Below, one piece after another: positions 1 through 11,047 of a DNA stretch of 64,000 nt. Each line of letters opens with the position of its first letter. The stretch's first letter is position 1. The notes beneath the pieces are model-generated. The model worked only from the letters and a program-made list of their open reading frames with translations, had not been told where the DNA came from and did no database searches. The position numbers and the translations under genes are program-made. The stretch is taken from the NCBI GenBank assembly GCA_965216215.1, contig CBDCFO010000007.1:652876-716875 (forward strand), read 5' to 3'. The stretch comes from Bryobacterales bacterium. Its GTDB lineage: Bacteria; Acidobacteriota; Terriglobia; Bryobacterales; UBA6623.

Positions 1-64
1 TGCGTATCGAGCCCGTGCCGATCAGGCGCAGGATCTCGCGCTGCCGTCTGGGCTTGATGCTCAT
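1..64 (-). CDS. argR: Arginine repressor ArgR, N-terminal fragment (runs off the window)
   Basis: ATG at 62-64 overlaps the argH stop (TGATG). It translates MSIKPRRQREILRLIGTGSIR, matching the ArgR N-terminal pattern K..RQ..I..LI....I. It follows argFGH and ARG boxes are present at the operon promoter. Not in the ORF track. Confidence 0.8.
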   Translation of the reverse strand, partial: MSIKPRRQREILRLIGTGSIR

Positions 65-1464
65 CAGCGCACGCCGCTTCCCTTGACCTTCCCGAGGCTC
101 TCCAGACGCGCCTTCGCGGCTTGGCGCGCAGCATGCACGACAGCCGGAGCCGTCCCGCCCAGCACCGCATGGTTCTCGAGCGCCTGGCGCGGAGCAAGGG
201 CGGCCATAGCCCGCTCATCGAGTTCCGGAGCGAACTCCCGCAGCTCGTCAAGCGTCCAATCCCGAGGCCTTTTCCCTTGTTTCACGCTGGAAAGAACGAT
301 CCCGCCAACGATCTGGTGAGCGCGATGAAACGACACCCCGCTGCGAGCCAGGATCTCGGCCAGCGCGGTCGCCGAGACCCACCCGTCCTCGGCTGCGCGC
401 TCCATCGCCTGGGGCCGGATGCGCGCTGTGTCGACGCAAAGCGCGAGAATCCCGATCGATTCGGATACTAGGTCGGCTGTCTCGAACACGCATTCCTTGT
501 CTTCCTGGAGATCGCGGTTGTAGGCGAGCGGCAGCCCCTTCAGCGTCACCATCAGCGACTGCAAGTTGCCGCACGCGCGCCCGGTCTTGCCTCGAAGCAG
601 CTCCAGCGCGTCTGGATTCCTCTTCTGCGGCATCAGGCTCGAGCCGCTCGTGACCTCATCCCCCATCTCGAGGAATCCGAACTCCTCGCTGCTGTAGAGG
701 ATCCAATCTTCCGCCAGCCGGCTGGCGTGCAGCATTGTCACTGAGGCCGCGTATAGGAAGTCCAGGGCGAAGTCGCGATCGGAGACAACATCGAGGCTGT
801 TCTGGGAGACGCTTGCGAAGCCTAGATCGACGGCCATCGCATTCCGGTCGAACGGAAAGCCGCTCCCCGCCAGCGCGCCGCTCCCAAGCGGAGAGACATC
901 GGTGCGCTCGTGGGCCTGCTGGAGCCGTTGCCAGTCCCGCCAGAACATCTCGAAATACGCGAGCAAGTAGTGCGAGAACAGCACCGCCTGGGCACGCCGT
1001 AGATGTGTGTACCCGGGCAGCAGCGCGTCCGGCTCGCGCTCGGCGAGCGCGAGCAGCGACCCCATCAGTGATTCCAGCTGGCGCTGTGTGTCGCGGATCG
1101 CGGCCTTCGTCCACAGACGGAAGTCCGTTGCCACCTGCTCGTTGCGGCTCCGGCCCGTGTGGATCTTCTCCGCAAGTGGACCGACGGATTCGCCCAGCTT
1201 GCGGATGACGAAGGTGTGGATGTCTTCGTCGTCGGCGTCGAAGTAGCCGGGCGAGCTCGACGCTTCCAGCATTGAATCGAAGGCCGCGTGAATCCGCGAG
1301 CGCTCTTCGGCTGTCAGAATCCCGACCTGCGCCAAGGCGTTGGCAAAGGCCTTTGAGCCGTAAACATCGACCTCGAACAACCGCTTGTCGAACCGCAGCG
1401 AACCGGAATACCGCTCGAACAGCGCAGCCGGGCCCGCCTCGAAACGGCCTCCCCAGAGCTTCAT
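64..1464 (-). CDS. argH: Argininosuccinate lyase
   Basis: MKLWGGRF start (ATGA overlap with argG stop at 1461-1464); HTGRSRNEQ, PGYTHLRRAQ and GSSLMPQKRNP signatures. Confidence 0.97.
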   Translation of the reverse strand: MKLWGGRFEAGPAALFERYSGSLRFDKRLFEVDVYGSKAFANALAQVGILTAEERSRIHAAFDSMLEASSSPGYFDADDEDIHTFVIRKLGESVGPLAEKIHTGRSRNEQVATDFRLWTKAAIRDTQRQLESLMGSLLALAEREPDALLPGYTHLRRAQAVLFSHYLLAYFEMFWRDWQRLQQAHERTDVSPLGSGALAGSGFPFDRNAMAVDLGFASVSQNSLDVVSDRDFALDFLYAASVTMLHASRLAEDWILYSSEEFGFLEMGDEVTSGSSLMPQKRNPDALELLRGKTGRACGNLQSLMVTLKGLPLAYNRDLQEDKECVFETADLVSESIGILALCVDTARIRPQAMERAAEDGWVSATALAEILARSGVSFHRAHQIVGGIVLSSVKQGKRPRDWTLDELREFAPELDERAMAALAPRQALENHAVLGGTAPAVVHAARQAAKARLESLGKVKGSGVR

Positions 1465-2708
1465 TGCGCCCCGCCCTTCTTGGCGGCGAGGCCGCCCTGG
1501 ACTGACGCGTGGACCCGGATCGGCAGCCCAGTGAGGTTGATGAAGCCCGCGGCGTCCGTCTGGTCGTACTCGTCGCCCATTGTGAAGCTGGCTACCTCCG
1601 GCGCGTACAAGGAGTACGGAGACTCGCGACTGAGCACGTCGATGCGTCCCTGGCAGAGCCGGAGGCGCACGGCGCCGGTCACGTGGCGCTGGGTCCGGTC
1701 GACAAACCCGTCCAACGCCTCGCGCAGCGGCGTGAACCACTTGCCGTCATAGACGAGCTCGGCGTAGTCGAGAGCAAGCTTCTGCTTGTAGTGCTGGGTC
1801 GCCCGGTCCAGCGTCAAGGCTTCCAGCTCGCGGTGCGCAGCCATCAGGATCGTTCCTCCCGGCGTCTCGTAGCAGCCTCTCGACTTCATCCCCACGAAAC
1901 GGTTCTCGACCAAGTCGATCCGCCCGACACCATGCTTGCAGCCGGTCGCGTTCAAGGTCTCGACAATCGTGGCGGGGCTGAGCCGGTCGCCGTCGACAGC
2001 CACGGGCGTGCCCGCTTCAAAGCCAACCGTGACGTCGCAGCCGGCTGCCGGCGCGTCTACCGGATTCTCGGATAGCGTCCAGACGTTGTCCGAAGGTGCG
2101 TTGGCCGGATCTTCGAGTTCCGCGCCCTCGTGCGAAATGTGCCACAAGTTCGCATCGCGGCTGTAAATCTTCTCCTTGCTCTGCTGAATCGGGATGCCGT
2201 GGCCGACGGCGTAGTCAATCGCGTCCTCGCGCGAAACGATGTCCCATTCGCGCCATGGAGCGATCACGGTTAGGTGAGGCGCCATGGCCTTGTAGGCGAG
2301 TTCGAAGCGCACCTGGTCGTTGCCCTTGCCCGTGGCCCCGTGCGCCAGCGCGTCACAGCCCGTCCGGAGGGCAACCTCAGCCTGGAGCTTGGCCAGTAGG
2401 GGCCGGGCAATGGACGTGCCGAGAAGGTACTTGTGCTCGTACACCGCACCAGCGCGGACCATCGGCCAGACATAGTCGGACACGAACTCCTCGCGGAGGT
2501 CCGCCACATGAACTTCGCAGGCGCCGCTGGCGAGCGCTTTCTCCTCCAAGCCATCGAGTTCACCCGCACCCTGGCCGACATCGCCGCAAACCGCGACGAC
2601 TTCCGCCCCGTAGTGCTCGCGGAGCCAGGGAATGATGATCGACGTGTCCAGGCCCCCTGAGTAAGCCAGCGCGACTTTCGTTGGTTTTGTTGCCATGATC
2701 CGCGTCAC
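1461..2708 (-). CDS. argG: Argininosuccinate synthase
   Basis: LAYSGGLDTS, HGATGKGNDQVRF, ENRFVGMKSRGCYETPG; start is GTG 2708 or ATG 2696. Confidence 0.97.
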   Translation of the reverse strand: MTRIMATKPTKVALAYSGGLDTSIIIPWLREHYGAEVVAVCGDVGQGAGELDGLEEKALASGACEVHVADLREEFVSDYVWPMVRAGAVYEHKYLLGTSIARPLLAKLQAEVALRTGCDALAHGATGKGNDQVRFELAYKAMAPHLTVIAPWREWDIVSREDAIDYAVGHGIPIQQSKEKIYSRDANLWHISHEGAELEDPANAPSDNVWTLSENPVDAPAAGCDVTVGFEAGTPVAVDGDRLSPATIVETLNATGCKHGVGRIDLVENRFVGMKSRGCYETPGGTILMAAHRELEALTLDRATQHYKQKLALDYAELVYDGKWFTPLREALDGFVDRTQRHVTGAVRLRLCQGRIDVLSRESPYSLYAPEVASFTMGDEYDQTDAAGFINLTGLPIRVHASVQGGLAAKKGGAQ

Positions 2709-3667
2709 TCCCCGTTCACCATCGTCATCAGCAGCGCCTTGTGGGCATGCAGGCGGTTCTCGGCTTGGTCGAACACGACGGACCGATCGGACTCGATCAC
2801 CGCGTCGCTAACTTCCTGGCCGCGCAACGCGGGCAGGCAGTGCATGAACACCGCGTCCTCACGCGCTAACGCCATCACGGCTTCGGTGACCTGGTAGCCC
2901 TCGAAGGCGATCCGGCGCTGCTGCGTCTCCTCTTCCCAGCCCATGCTCGTCCACACGTCCGTGTAGACCGCCCCAGCGTCTCGCACCGCGCTGCGGATGT
3001 CCTGGACTACCTCCACGGTCGAGCCGTTCGCTTCGGCCGCGGCCCTGGCAATCGCCAGGTCGGCCTCGCGCGGCCCGAACCCCGGCGGACCGCAGACTGA
3101 AATCGAAATGCCGAGCTGGGCCGCGCAGTACATCAGCGAGTGGGCGACGTTGTTGCCGTCGCCCACGTAGGCGATCTTCAAGCCGTCGAACGAACCGAAT
3201 TGCTCCAGGATCGTGAGGAAATCGGCCAGCGCCTGGCACGGATGACACGACTCGCTGAGAGCGTTGATCACCGGGACCTTCGACCACTCCGCCAAGTGCT
3301 CCAAGGTCTTGTGAGCATACGTCCGTGCCACGATCGCATCGAACCAGCGGTCCAGGTTGCGGGCGATGTCCCTGGCTGGCTCCCGCTCGCCGATCCGGCC
3401 GTCACGGTGATCCTGGAAGACCGCGTCCCCGCCGAGCTGGGTCGCGGCAAGCTGAAATGTCATTCGGGTCCGCAGCGACGGTTTCTCGAACAGCAGGACG
3501 ATCGAGCGGTGCCTCAGCGCGTCGCGGCAGGACTCGGGCTCGATCTTGATCTGATACGCCAAGTCCAGCAAGCTGCGCAGCTCGCGGGCAGACAGGTCGC
3601 TGTCCCGCAAGAAATGCGCCGTCCCCACGCCCCGGAACTCGCCGGACACACTTGCATGAATATTCAT
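2705..3667 (-). CDS. argF: Ornithine carbamoyltransferase
   Basis: FEKPSLRTR, HPCQALAD, YTDVWTSMG, FMHCLP, QAENRLH; start codon uncertain. Confidence 0.95.
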   Translation of the reverse strand: MNIHASVSGEFRGVGTAHFLRDSDLSARELRSLLDLAYQIKIEPESCRDALRHRSIVLLFEKPSLRTRMTFQLAATQLGGDAVFQDHRDGRIGEREPARDIARNLDRWFDAIVARTYAHKTLEHLAEWSKVPVINALSESCHPCQALADFLTILEQFGSFDGLKIAYVGDGNNVAHSLMYCAAQLGISISVCGPPGFGPREADLAIARAAAEANGSTVEVVQDIRSAVRDAGAVYTDVWTSMGWEEETQQRRIAFEGYQVTEAVMALAREDAVFMHCLPALRGQEVSDAVIESDRSVVFDQAENRLHAHKALLMTMVNGE

Positions 3668-3704
3668 TTGAATGCATTATTACACATTCCACATCGACCG
3701 TCAA
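3651..3704 (-). promoter_or_regulatory. Sigma70-type promoter of the arg operon overlapped by two tandem ARG boxes
   Basis: Minus strand: TTGACG (3699-3704), 17 bp, AATAAT (3676-3681). Two 18-bp boxes, AATGTGTAATAATGCATT (3671-3688) and AATGAATATTCATGCAAG (3651-3668), 2 bp apart, match the TGAAT-N4-AT(T/G)CA consensus. AT-rich patch in GC-rich DNA. Confidence 0.85.
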
Positions 3705-3773
3705 GCGAGAGCACTGCGAGCCGGCACTCTCGCTGCAGCGCTTGATTCGGCCACGTGTGGCACTCTGAAGGCG

Positions 3774-4745
3774 ATGGTGCTAGACGCTGGACCGGAAGCG
3801 GAAGGCGAGCGTCTCGACCGATTCCTCGTCAAGTGCATCCCGGAAACCAGCCGTGCTCAAGTCCAGGAATGGATCCGCGCGAGCCGGGTGCAGGTCGACG
3901 GCGTGACGGAGTGCAAGGCGTCGCGAAGGCTGCGTGGGGGGGAGACCCTAGCGGTTGACCCCGTCGAACGACCGCCGCTGAGGGCCGAGCCCGAGGCAAT
4001 CGACATTGCCATCGTCTACGAAGACGACCATCTAGCGGTGGTCGACAAGTCTGCGGGCATGAACGTGCATGCCGGAGCCGGCCAGTCCAGGGGCACGCTG
4101 GTGAACGCGCTCTTACACCATCTAACGAGCCTCTCGGGCGCCTCGGGCGAACTGCGACCGGGCATCGTCCACCGGCTCGACCGCCATACGACAGGGCTGC
4201 TCGTGGTAGCCAAGCACGATGCGGCGCACCGCCATTTGCAGGCGCAGTTCCAGAACCGGCAGGTGGAAAAGCGCTACTGGGCGGCTGTCGAGGGGCGGCT
4301 TCCGGCCGACCCCCACGATGATCCGAAGCTGCTGCGACACGGCCGTCCGGTCATGCGGGGGGGCCTGTGGTGGTTGCGGATCGAGATGCCAATCCGGCGC
4401 GACAAGCGCAACCGGGTGAAGATGGCAGTCGCGCCGAACGGCAGGGAGGCAATCAGCGACATGCGCCGCCTGCGCGGCTCGGACCGGTTCGCGCTCGCCG
4501 AGGTGCAGATCCACACGGGACGCACCCACCAGGTGCGGGTGCATCTGGCCAGCGCCGGCCATCCAGTCGTGGGCGACTCGCTCTACGGAGCGAGGAAGGC
4601 GCTGCCGGAACTCCCGGGCCTGGACCGCTATTTGCTGCACGCCCGGTCGCTCGCATTCGAGCATCCCGACAGCGGCGAAAGGCTTCGTTTCGAAGCTCCG
4701 CTACCCGCTGACTTCGCGAACTGGCTGTCACCGCTCGGGCTATAA
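3774..4745 (+). CDS. rluD: RluA-family 23S rRNA pseudouridine synthase (RluD-like)
   Basis: S4 domain (ERLDRFL...SRAQVQEWI), GTLVNALL, RPGIVHRLDRHTTG, TGRTHQVRVH, LHARSLAFEHP; ATG 3774 chosen as start. Confidence 0.88.
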   Translation: MVLDAGPEAEGERLDRFLVKCIPETSRAQVQEWIRASRVQVDGVTECKASRRLRGGETLAVDPVERPPLRAEPEAIDIAIVYEDDHLAVVDKSAGMNVHAGAGQSRGTLVNALLHHLTSLSGASGELRPGIVHRLDRHTTGLLVVAKHDAAHRHLQAQFQNRQVEKRYWAAVEGRLPADPHDDPKLLRHGRPVMRGGLWWLRIEMPIRRDKRNRVKMAVAPNGREAISDMRRLRGSDRFALAEVQIHTGRTHQVRVHLASAGHPVVGDSLYGARKALPELPGLDRYLLHARSLAFEHPDSGERLRFEAPLPADFANWLSPLGL

Positions 4746-4752
4746 TGCAGTC

Positions 4753-5706
4753 ATGTTCGCGCGTTTCGTCGCAATGATGGCGGTCGTCGCTGTTGGCGCG
4801 GCAGCGTTGGCGCAGCAGACCAGCAAGCCCAACCTGGATCCGGTCTACACAGACTCCGAAGCGGACATCATCAAGGTCGATGTTGCGCGCGTGCCGTTGC
4901 TGTTCACGGTCACGGACAAGAAGAACCGCTTCATCACCGATCTGGGCCGCAAGGATTTCCAGGTCTACGACAACGGCTGGCAGCAGCAGATCCGCGAATT
5001 CGACCGCGAGAGCGACCTCCCGTTGCGGATCGGCGTCATCCTCGACACCAGCAACTCGATTCGAGGCCGCTTCAAGTTTGAGCAGGAGGCCGCAATCGAA
5101 TTCTTGCAGGGCGTGCTCGCGGAGGAGCTTGACCGGGCGTTCCTCGTCAGTTTCGATACCCGCGCCGAGTTGATCGTCGACTACACCAACGACATCGAGG
5201 AACTGGCCGACGGTGTGCGGCGCCTGCGGGCTGGCGGCGGCACGGCCCTGTACGACGCGATCTACTACGCCTGCCGCGACAAGCTACCGGAAGACCAGCC
5301 CAAGGAGCAATTCCGTCGCGCGCTGGTCGTCATCGGGGACGGCGAGGACAACCGCAGCACGGTGACAAGGGAAGACGCCCTCGAGATGGCTCACAAGGCC
5401 GAGACCGTCGTCTATACCGTCTCGACGAACCGCTCCGGACACGCCGCGGACGGGGACAAGACATTGCGGCGCTTTGCCCAGGAGACCGGAGGGTTGGCCT
5501 ATCATCCGTTCCAGGCGCGCGACCTCGAGCAGTCCTTCGCCAACATCGCCAACGAGCTGCGCCATCAGTACTTCATCCTCTACTCTCCGAGCCATTTCGC
5601 GAACGACGGATCGTTCCATTCGGTCGAAGTGCGCACGAAGCACCGCAACGCGACCGTGCGGGTTCGCAGCGGGTACTACGCCCCGTTGCCGGGCGAGCCC
5701 AACTAG
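4753..5706 (+). CDS. Secreted VWA-domain protein (acidobacterial VWFA-related family)
   Basis: Signal peptide, [59 protein letters not shown]. Confidence 0.9.
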   Translation: MFARFVAMMAVVAVGAAALAQQTSKPNLDPVYTDSEADIIKVDVARVPLLFTVTDKKNRFITDLGRKDFQVYDNGWQQQIREFDRESDLPLRIGVILDTSNSIRGRFKFEQEAAIEFLQGVLAEELDRAFLVSFDTRAELIVDYTNDIEELADGVRRLRAGGGTALYDAIYYACRDKLPEDQPKEQFRRALVVIGDGEDNRSTVTREDALEMAHKAETVVYTVSTNRSGHAADGDKTLRRFAQETGGLAYHPFQARDLEQSFANIANELRHQYFILYSPSHFANDGSFHSVEVRTKHRNATVRVRSGYYAPLPGEPN

Positions 5707-5848
5707 GGGAGCCGCGGCGTGGTCGAATTCGACCAGTTTTTGGACGATAACGCCAGAAAACACTCCAAATTCTTGCTCTGTTTTCCCAAATTGTTCGCTG
5801 TTATGGTATCTTGAGGGTGTTGAGTCCACTCACAGAAGGAGCGTTCCC

Positions 5849-6892
<1,044 letters not shown>

Positions 6893-6922
6893 GCCAGCCC
6901 CGGCGTACCGGGCGGTAGCGGC

Positions 6923-7786
6923 CTAGCCAAACGCCGCCCGGTATGCCGGGAACGAGGCCCTGAACCCGTCCTCGAACGTGCCGCAGGCCGGCCGGTAGAC
7001 ACTCTCGAGCGACACCACCCCGTCGTAACCGTCCCGCGCGAGGCCCGCGGCAATGTCGTCAAAGTAGGCTGACATCTGGCCTTCGCCGAAACGGCACTGC
7101 CGCACGGTAGCCTTGGGAATATCCACCCAGACGTCCTTAACATGGACATGCGCGAGGCAGCCGTGGACGGCTGCGTACCCATCGGGATAGGCCGGCTCGG
7201 CGCAGTAGAGGCCGTTGCCGGGATCCCAGAGGACCTTGAGCCGGGCGCTGCCCATTTCATCGACGAGCCGCCTCGCCAGATATCCAGACGTGACCATGGC
7301 GTTGTTCCCAGTCTCCACGACCAGGGTAACGCCCTCGGATTCGGCAAGTTCCAGAGCAGGTGCCAGCAGGCGCTTGAACGCGTCCCAGGCCCCGGTTGCC
7401 ACGTTCCACTCCTCAGCGCCGCCTGACCCGAAGAGGATCATCTCCTTGCGGAAGCTCATAATCCGCACCAAGGTGCAATCGAGCGCCTTGGCCTCGGCGA
7501 TGCAGCGCCGCAGGGCACCCATGTGGCGAGCGTGGGCGGCGTCGCCGATCTCGGTCTGTCCCACGGCCAATCCCGCGAAGTTGTGCCGCGACAGGCAGCA
7601 GACCTCCATCTCGTATTGCCGCACGAGATCCTGGACCCGCCCGAGGCGGCTGTCGTCCAAGTCGCCGACTTCGCGGTCCCAGACGTACTGGAGTTCCGCG
7701 TTCCGGAGGCCGTGCTCGCGCATCACCTCCAACGCACGCTCGAGTTCCCGGCTAATTCCATCCGTGATGACGCCCAGCCTTGCCAT
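6923..7786 (-). CDS. Sugar phosphate isomerase/epimerase (xylose isomerase-like TIM barrel)
   Basis: LGVITDGIS, LVVETGNN, LWDPGN, HVHVKD, VSLES metal-ligand pattern. Confidence 0.85.
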   Translation of the reverse strand: MARLGVITDGISRELERALEVMREHGLRNAELQYVWDREVGDLDDSRLGRVQDLVRQYEMEVCCLSRHNFAGLAVGQTEIGDAAHARHMGALRRCIAEAKALDCTLVRIMSFRKEMILFGSGGAEEWNVATGAWDAFKRLLAPALELAESEGVTLVVETGNNAMVTSGYLARRLVDEMGSARLKVLWDPGNGLYCAEPAYPDGYAAVHGCLAHVHVKDVWVDIPKATVRQCRFGEGQMSAYFDDIAAGLARDGYDGVVSLESVYRPACGTFEDGFRASFPAYRAAFG

Positions 7787-7793
7787 GTGACCC

Positions 7794-8693
7794 CTACCAA
7801 GTCACTTTGGTCCCGGCGATTTCCTCGAGCACCTTGGCCACGGCCCAGTTGTCCTCGTCGGGAAAGCGCGAGATGCCCGCCTGAAACAACTCGTAGGCGG
7901 AACTCGTCGCGAACATCGCCGCACCGGCTTCCCTTGCCACGGCGATCGAAATGCCGAGATCCTTATACATCGTGCCGATCCGGCTACCGGTATCCTTGAA
8001 TCGCCGATCCAGGACCTGCCTTGCACAATGCTCGAAGAGCGGGCTGCCCGCAGCGCTGGCGCGAAACACTTCGAAGAGGGTCTTACCCTTGATGCCGGCT
8101 TTCGATCCCAGCACGAGTGACTCGAACGTGGCGGCAAAGGTGCAACCGATCAGGACTTGGAGGGCAGCCTTGACGACCTGTCCCTGGCCGATCTCCTCGC
8201 CAACATGAAAGACTTCCTTGGAGATCGCCTCCAACACGTCGCTGTTGCGGTCAAGCACGGCGGAGTCGCCGGCCGCCATCAGGGTCAGACTGCCCCCCTC
8301 GGCCCCCGCCTTGCCGCCGCTGACCGGCGTGTCGATCAGGCGGACGCCCTGGGCGGCAATCGGCTCTTGAAGAGTTCTCACCTCCGACGGGAGGACGGTG
8401 GCGGTCACGGTGCTGCCGGGGCGCATGCCGCCAAGGGCGCCCCCTGCCCCGAGCAAGGCGTCGTGGGCCTGGGCGCCGTTGAGCACCATCACGAACAGGG
8501 CGTCCGCTTGGGCGCCAACTGCGGCACAACTCGGCGCGGAGCGTCCGCCCAACTCCTCCAGCAGTTCACGCCGCTCCGGCCGAAGGTCGAACCCGACCGT
8601 AGGGAAACCGGCCGACACCAGATTTCGGGCGATACCGATCCCCATGTCTCCCAAACCGATCACCCCGGCACACCTTGTCCGCGACTCCGTCAT
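7794..8693 (-). CDS. NAD(P)-dependent beta-hydroxyacid dehydrogenase (3-hydroxyisobutyrate/L-threonate dehydrogenase family)
   Basis: GVIGLGDMG Rossmann motif, DTPVSGG..GA..GSLTLMAAG, GQVVK, MYKDLGI. Confidence 0.88.
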   Translation of the reverse strand: MTESRTRCAGVIGLGDMGIGIARNLVSAGFPTVGFDLRPERRELLEELGGRSAPSCAAVGAQADALFVMVLNGAQAHDALLGAGGALGGMRPGSTVTATVLPSEVRTLQEPIAAQGVRLIDTPVSGGKAGAEGGSLTLMAAGDSAVLDRNSDVLEAISKEVFHVGEEIGQGQVVKAALQVLIGCTFAATFESLVLGSKAGIKGKTLFEVFRASAAGSPLFEHCARQVLDRRFKDTGSRIGTMYKDLGISIAVAREAGAAMFATSSAYELFQAGISRFPDEDNWAVAKVLEEIAGTKVTW

Positions 8694-8977
8694 GGGTGAC
8701 ATTGTCGCGCACCGGACCGAGCCGGCTGGACTCGGATCCGGTGCGAGCGGTGGCAGCCGCTAGCGCGACCGTACCGGGCCACGCAGCAAGACGCGAGCCC
8801 AAGAAGCGCGACCCTGTACACCTCAGGAACCCATGTGTGGAATCCTACCGGGGTTCTATGTACCATAGGATGAACGAAATCGCTGCGTGTCTTTGGATGT
8901 CCCGGTCTGCACGGTGACAGATTCGAAATCGCGATGGGGTCGAGGTGAATGCCGGGTTTCTGGGCTTTTCGCAAGAT

Positions 8978-9066
8978 GCTGGAGTGGCGGAATTGGCAGA
9001 CGCACTGGACTCAAAATCCAGCGCCCTTTATCGGGCATGAGGGTTCGACCCCCTCCTCCAGCACCA
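8978..9066 (+). tRNA. tRNA-Leu (CAA)
   Basis: GCTGGAG/CTCCAGC acceptor stem plus ACCA; anticodon arm CTGGA-CTCAAAA-TCCAG; long variable arm; GGTTCGACCC T-arm. Confidence 0.97.
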
Positions 9067-9134
9067 GCGGAAACACCAGCGGGATCGGTCGCGAAGGACG
9101 CGCACAGCCTTGGAGTGCTGGACCGCTCGCCGCG

Positions 9135-10452
9135 CTGGCGCAACGGGCAATCTACATCTGCCTGGTCGCGACGATCCCGGCCTTGGCCGACGAAACCGCC
9201 AAGACTGACGCCAGCCCGCCTAAAGCAGCCAATTCGACCGGGCAGCCGGACTGGCTGTCGCTGGGGGGCGAGTTCCGTGTCCGCTACGAGAACCGGCAGT
9301 CCTTGGGCTACCGCGACGGCAGCGACGATGGCTACGCGCTTGTCCGAACGCGCATCGATATCGGAATCGAGCCAGCCGACTGGCTCAAGTTCGGATTCCA
9401 GGGCCAGGACTCGCGCGCACCGGCCATCCGCGAAGGAGTGGGCAATATCGGCGCGTTCCGGGACGGGTTTGACGTTCGGCAGGCGTACGTTCGGTTTGGC
9501 GGCAGCAAGTCCCCGGTCGCCGTCACGGTTGGGCGGCAGCTGCTGGCGTACGGCGACCAGCGCCTCGTCGGCGCGCTGGACTGGGCTAACACCTCACGAG
9601 CCTTCGACGCGGTGAAAGTGGAACTGCGGGCACCCACGCGCCAAGATCGACATCTTCTCGGCCTCTGTCGTGCAGAACGACCCGTTCCGGCGCATCAATC
9701 AGTCGGCCGAGGGCAACAACCTCCACGGCATTTACGCGGCCATCGAGAACGTCATCCCCGGCTCCACGCTAGAGCCTTACGTCCTCTGGCAAACGACACC
9801 GGTGGTGGTAAACGAACTGAACGTTCGAGGCGACCTTGACCGCTACACCACGGGATTGCGTGCTTGGGGCACAGACCTCGGGCCATGGGACTACAACGTT
9901 GCACTCGTCGGGCAGCGGGGCGAGATGGCGGGCGCGGCGATCGATGCTTGGGGGTACTACCTGGAATTGGGCTACTCCATCGATGCCAAGCTGGACCCGC
10001 GACTGTACGCCCACTACAATTTCGGTTCCGGAGACGCCGATCCCGACGACGGCGTGGCAGGCGGCTTTGTCGACATTTACCCGACCGCACACAGATGGTA
10101 CGGCTACAACGACTTGGTCGGATGGCGAAACTTGAAGAACATCCGCCTGGGCACAGAATTGAAGCCCCACGAGAAGCTGGGACTTCAATTCGACTTCCAC
10201 TCCTACTGGCTCGTAAGCAACCGCGACGCGCTCTATAACGTCGGGGGCCGCCTGTCCGTAGCGCCGCCGCCCGCGGGGGCAACGGAGTCGAAAGTGGGAG
10301 ACGAGGTCAACGCAGTGTTCTCGGCGGCGCTGACGAAAGATATCAGCCTCGGAGGAGGGGTCGGTTACATGTTTCCGGGACCGTACCTGAAGGAAAGCTC
10401 CCCGGGCGACGGGAACACGTTTTCCTACCTGGTCATTGCAATCAAGTTCTGA
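9135..10452 (+). pseudogene. Alginate-export-family outer-membrane beta-barrel, frameshifted near 9630-9640
   Basis: Frame 1 has LGGEFRVRYE, DVRQAY and VGRQLLAYGDQRLVGALDWANTSRAFDAVK. It continues in another frame as HAKIDIFSASVVQNDP...GSGD...YPTAH..YG..DLVGWRN, ending in a C-terminal F. No clear start codon, so the 5' coordinate is approximate. Confidence 0.75.
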
Positions 10453-10638
10453 CAGCGAGTCCTCGTGATTTCCCCCGCCGTGACTTCGACGGGTCGGGGA
10501 TGCGCTGGCGACCACCATTGGAGGACAGGCTGCTAGCCAATCAAGGAAATCCTGATAGAATGCCACGGCTTGGGTAGGCGGCAAGGGTGGGCACTGCCGC
10601 ACTCTGCCGGCAACAACACAGGGGTAACGGAAGACACC

Positions 10639-10977
10639 ATGGATATCGTGACTGATCGAATCAACGATGTACTGATCGCTGAGGCTCGGGGCAGCGTCGA
10701 CGGAACAAACGCAGCCGCGTTCGAAGAGGCGCTGAGCAATGCAGTCTCGCAGCGCGATCGCGCCATGATCATCGACCTAGAGAAGCTGACCTATATCAGT
10801 AGCGCAGGCCTGCGGGTTATCCTGCTAATCGCGAAGACGATGCGGAGGCACAACGGCAAGCTAGCGATGTGCTCGCTGCAAACCCCGATCCGCGAAGTGT
10901 TCCAAATCAGCGGCTTCGACAAGATTATCCCGGTCCATGGGTCGAGGGCAGCTGCGCTCGACTCCTTCGGATCGTAG
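10639..10977 (+). CDS. STAS-domain anti-sigma-factor antagonist
   Basis: IDLEKLTYISSAGLRVIL (phosphoacceptor Ser motif), REVFQISGFDKII; TAGAAT -10 upstream at about 10556. Confidence 0.93.
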   Translation: MDIVTDRINDVLIAEARGSVDGTNAAAFEEALSNAVSQRDRAMIIDLEKLTYISSAGLRVILLIAKTMRRHNGKLAMCSLQTPIREVFQISGFDKIIPVHGSRAAALDSFGS

Positions 10978-11047
10978 TGGACTGTTCCCGATCGCGACCA
11001 TTCCTCGGGACACCCCGATCCGCGCTGTCACTGGGCCCGCGATCGAG

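Noticed and set aside
1465-1740. N-terminal extensions in the ORF track for argH (also recA from 5474, SBP from 14634, YHYH from 32500, 24553, 30087, 48302)
   Set aside because: Downstream starts have an RBS, a stop-start overlap or a signal peptide, and the extensions overlap other genes or promoters.
9062-9082. CACCAGCGG repeated at the tRNA-Leu 3' end as a possible att site of a genomic island
   Set aside because: Only 9 bp and immediately adjacent; no distal tRNA 3' duplicate or integrase was seen in the window.
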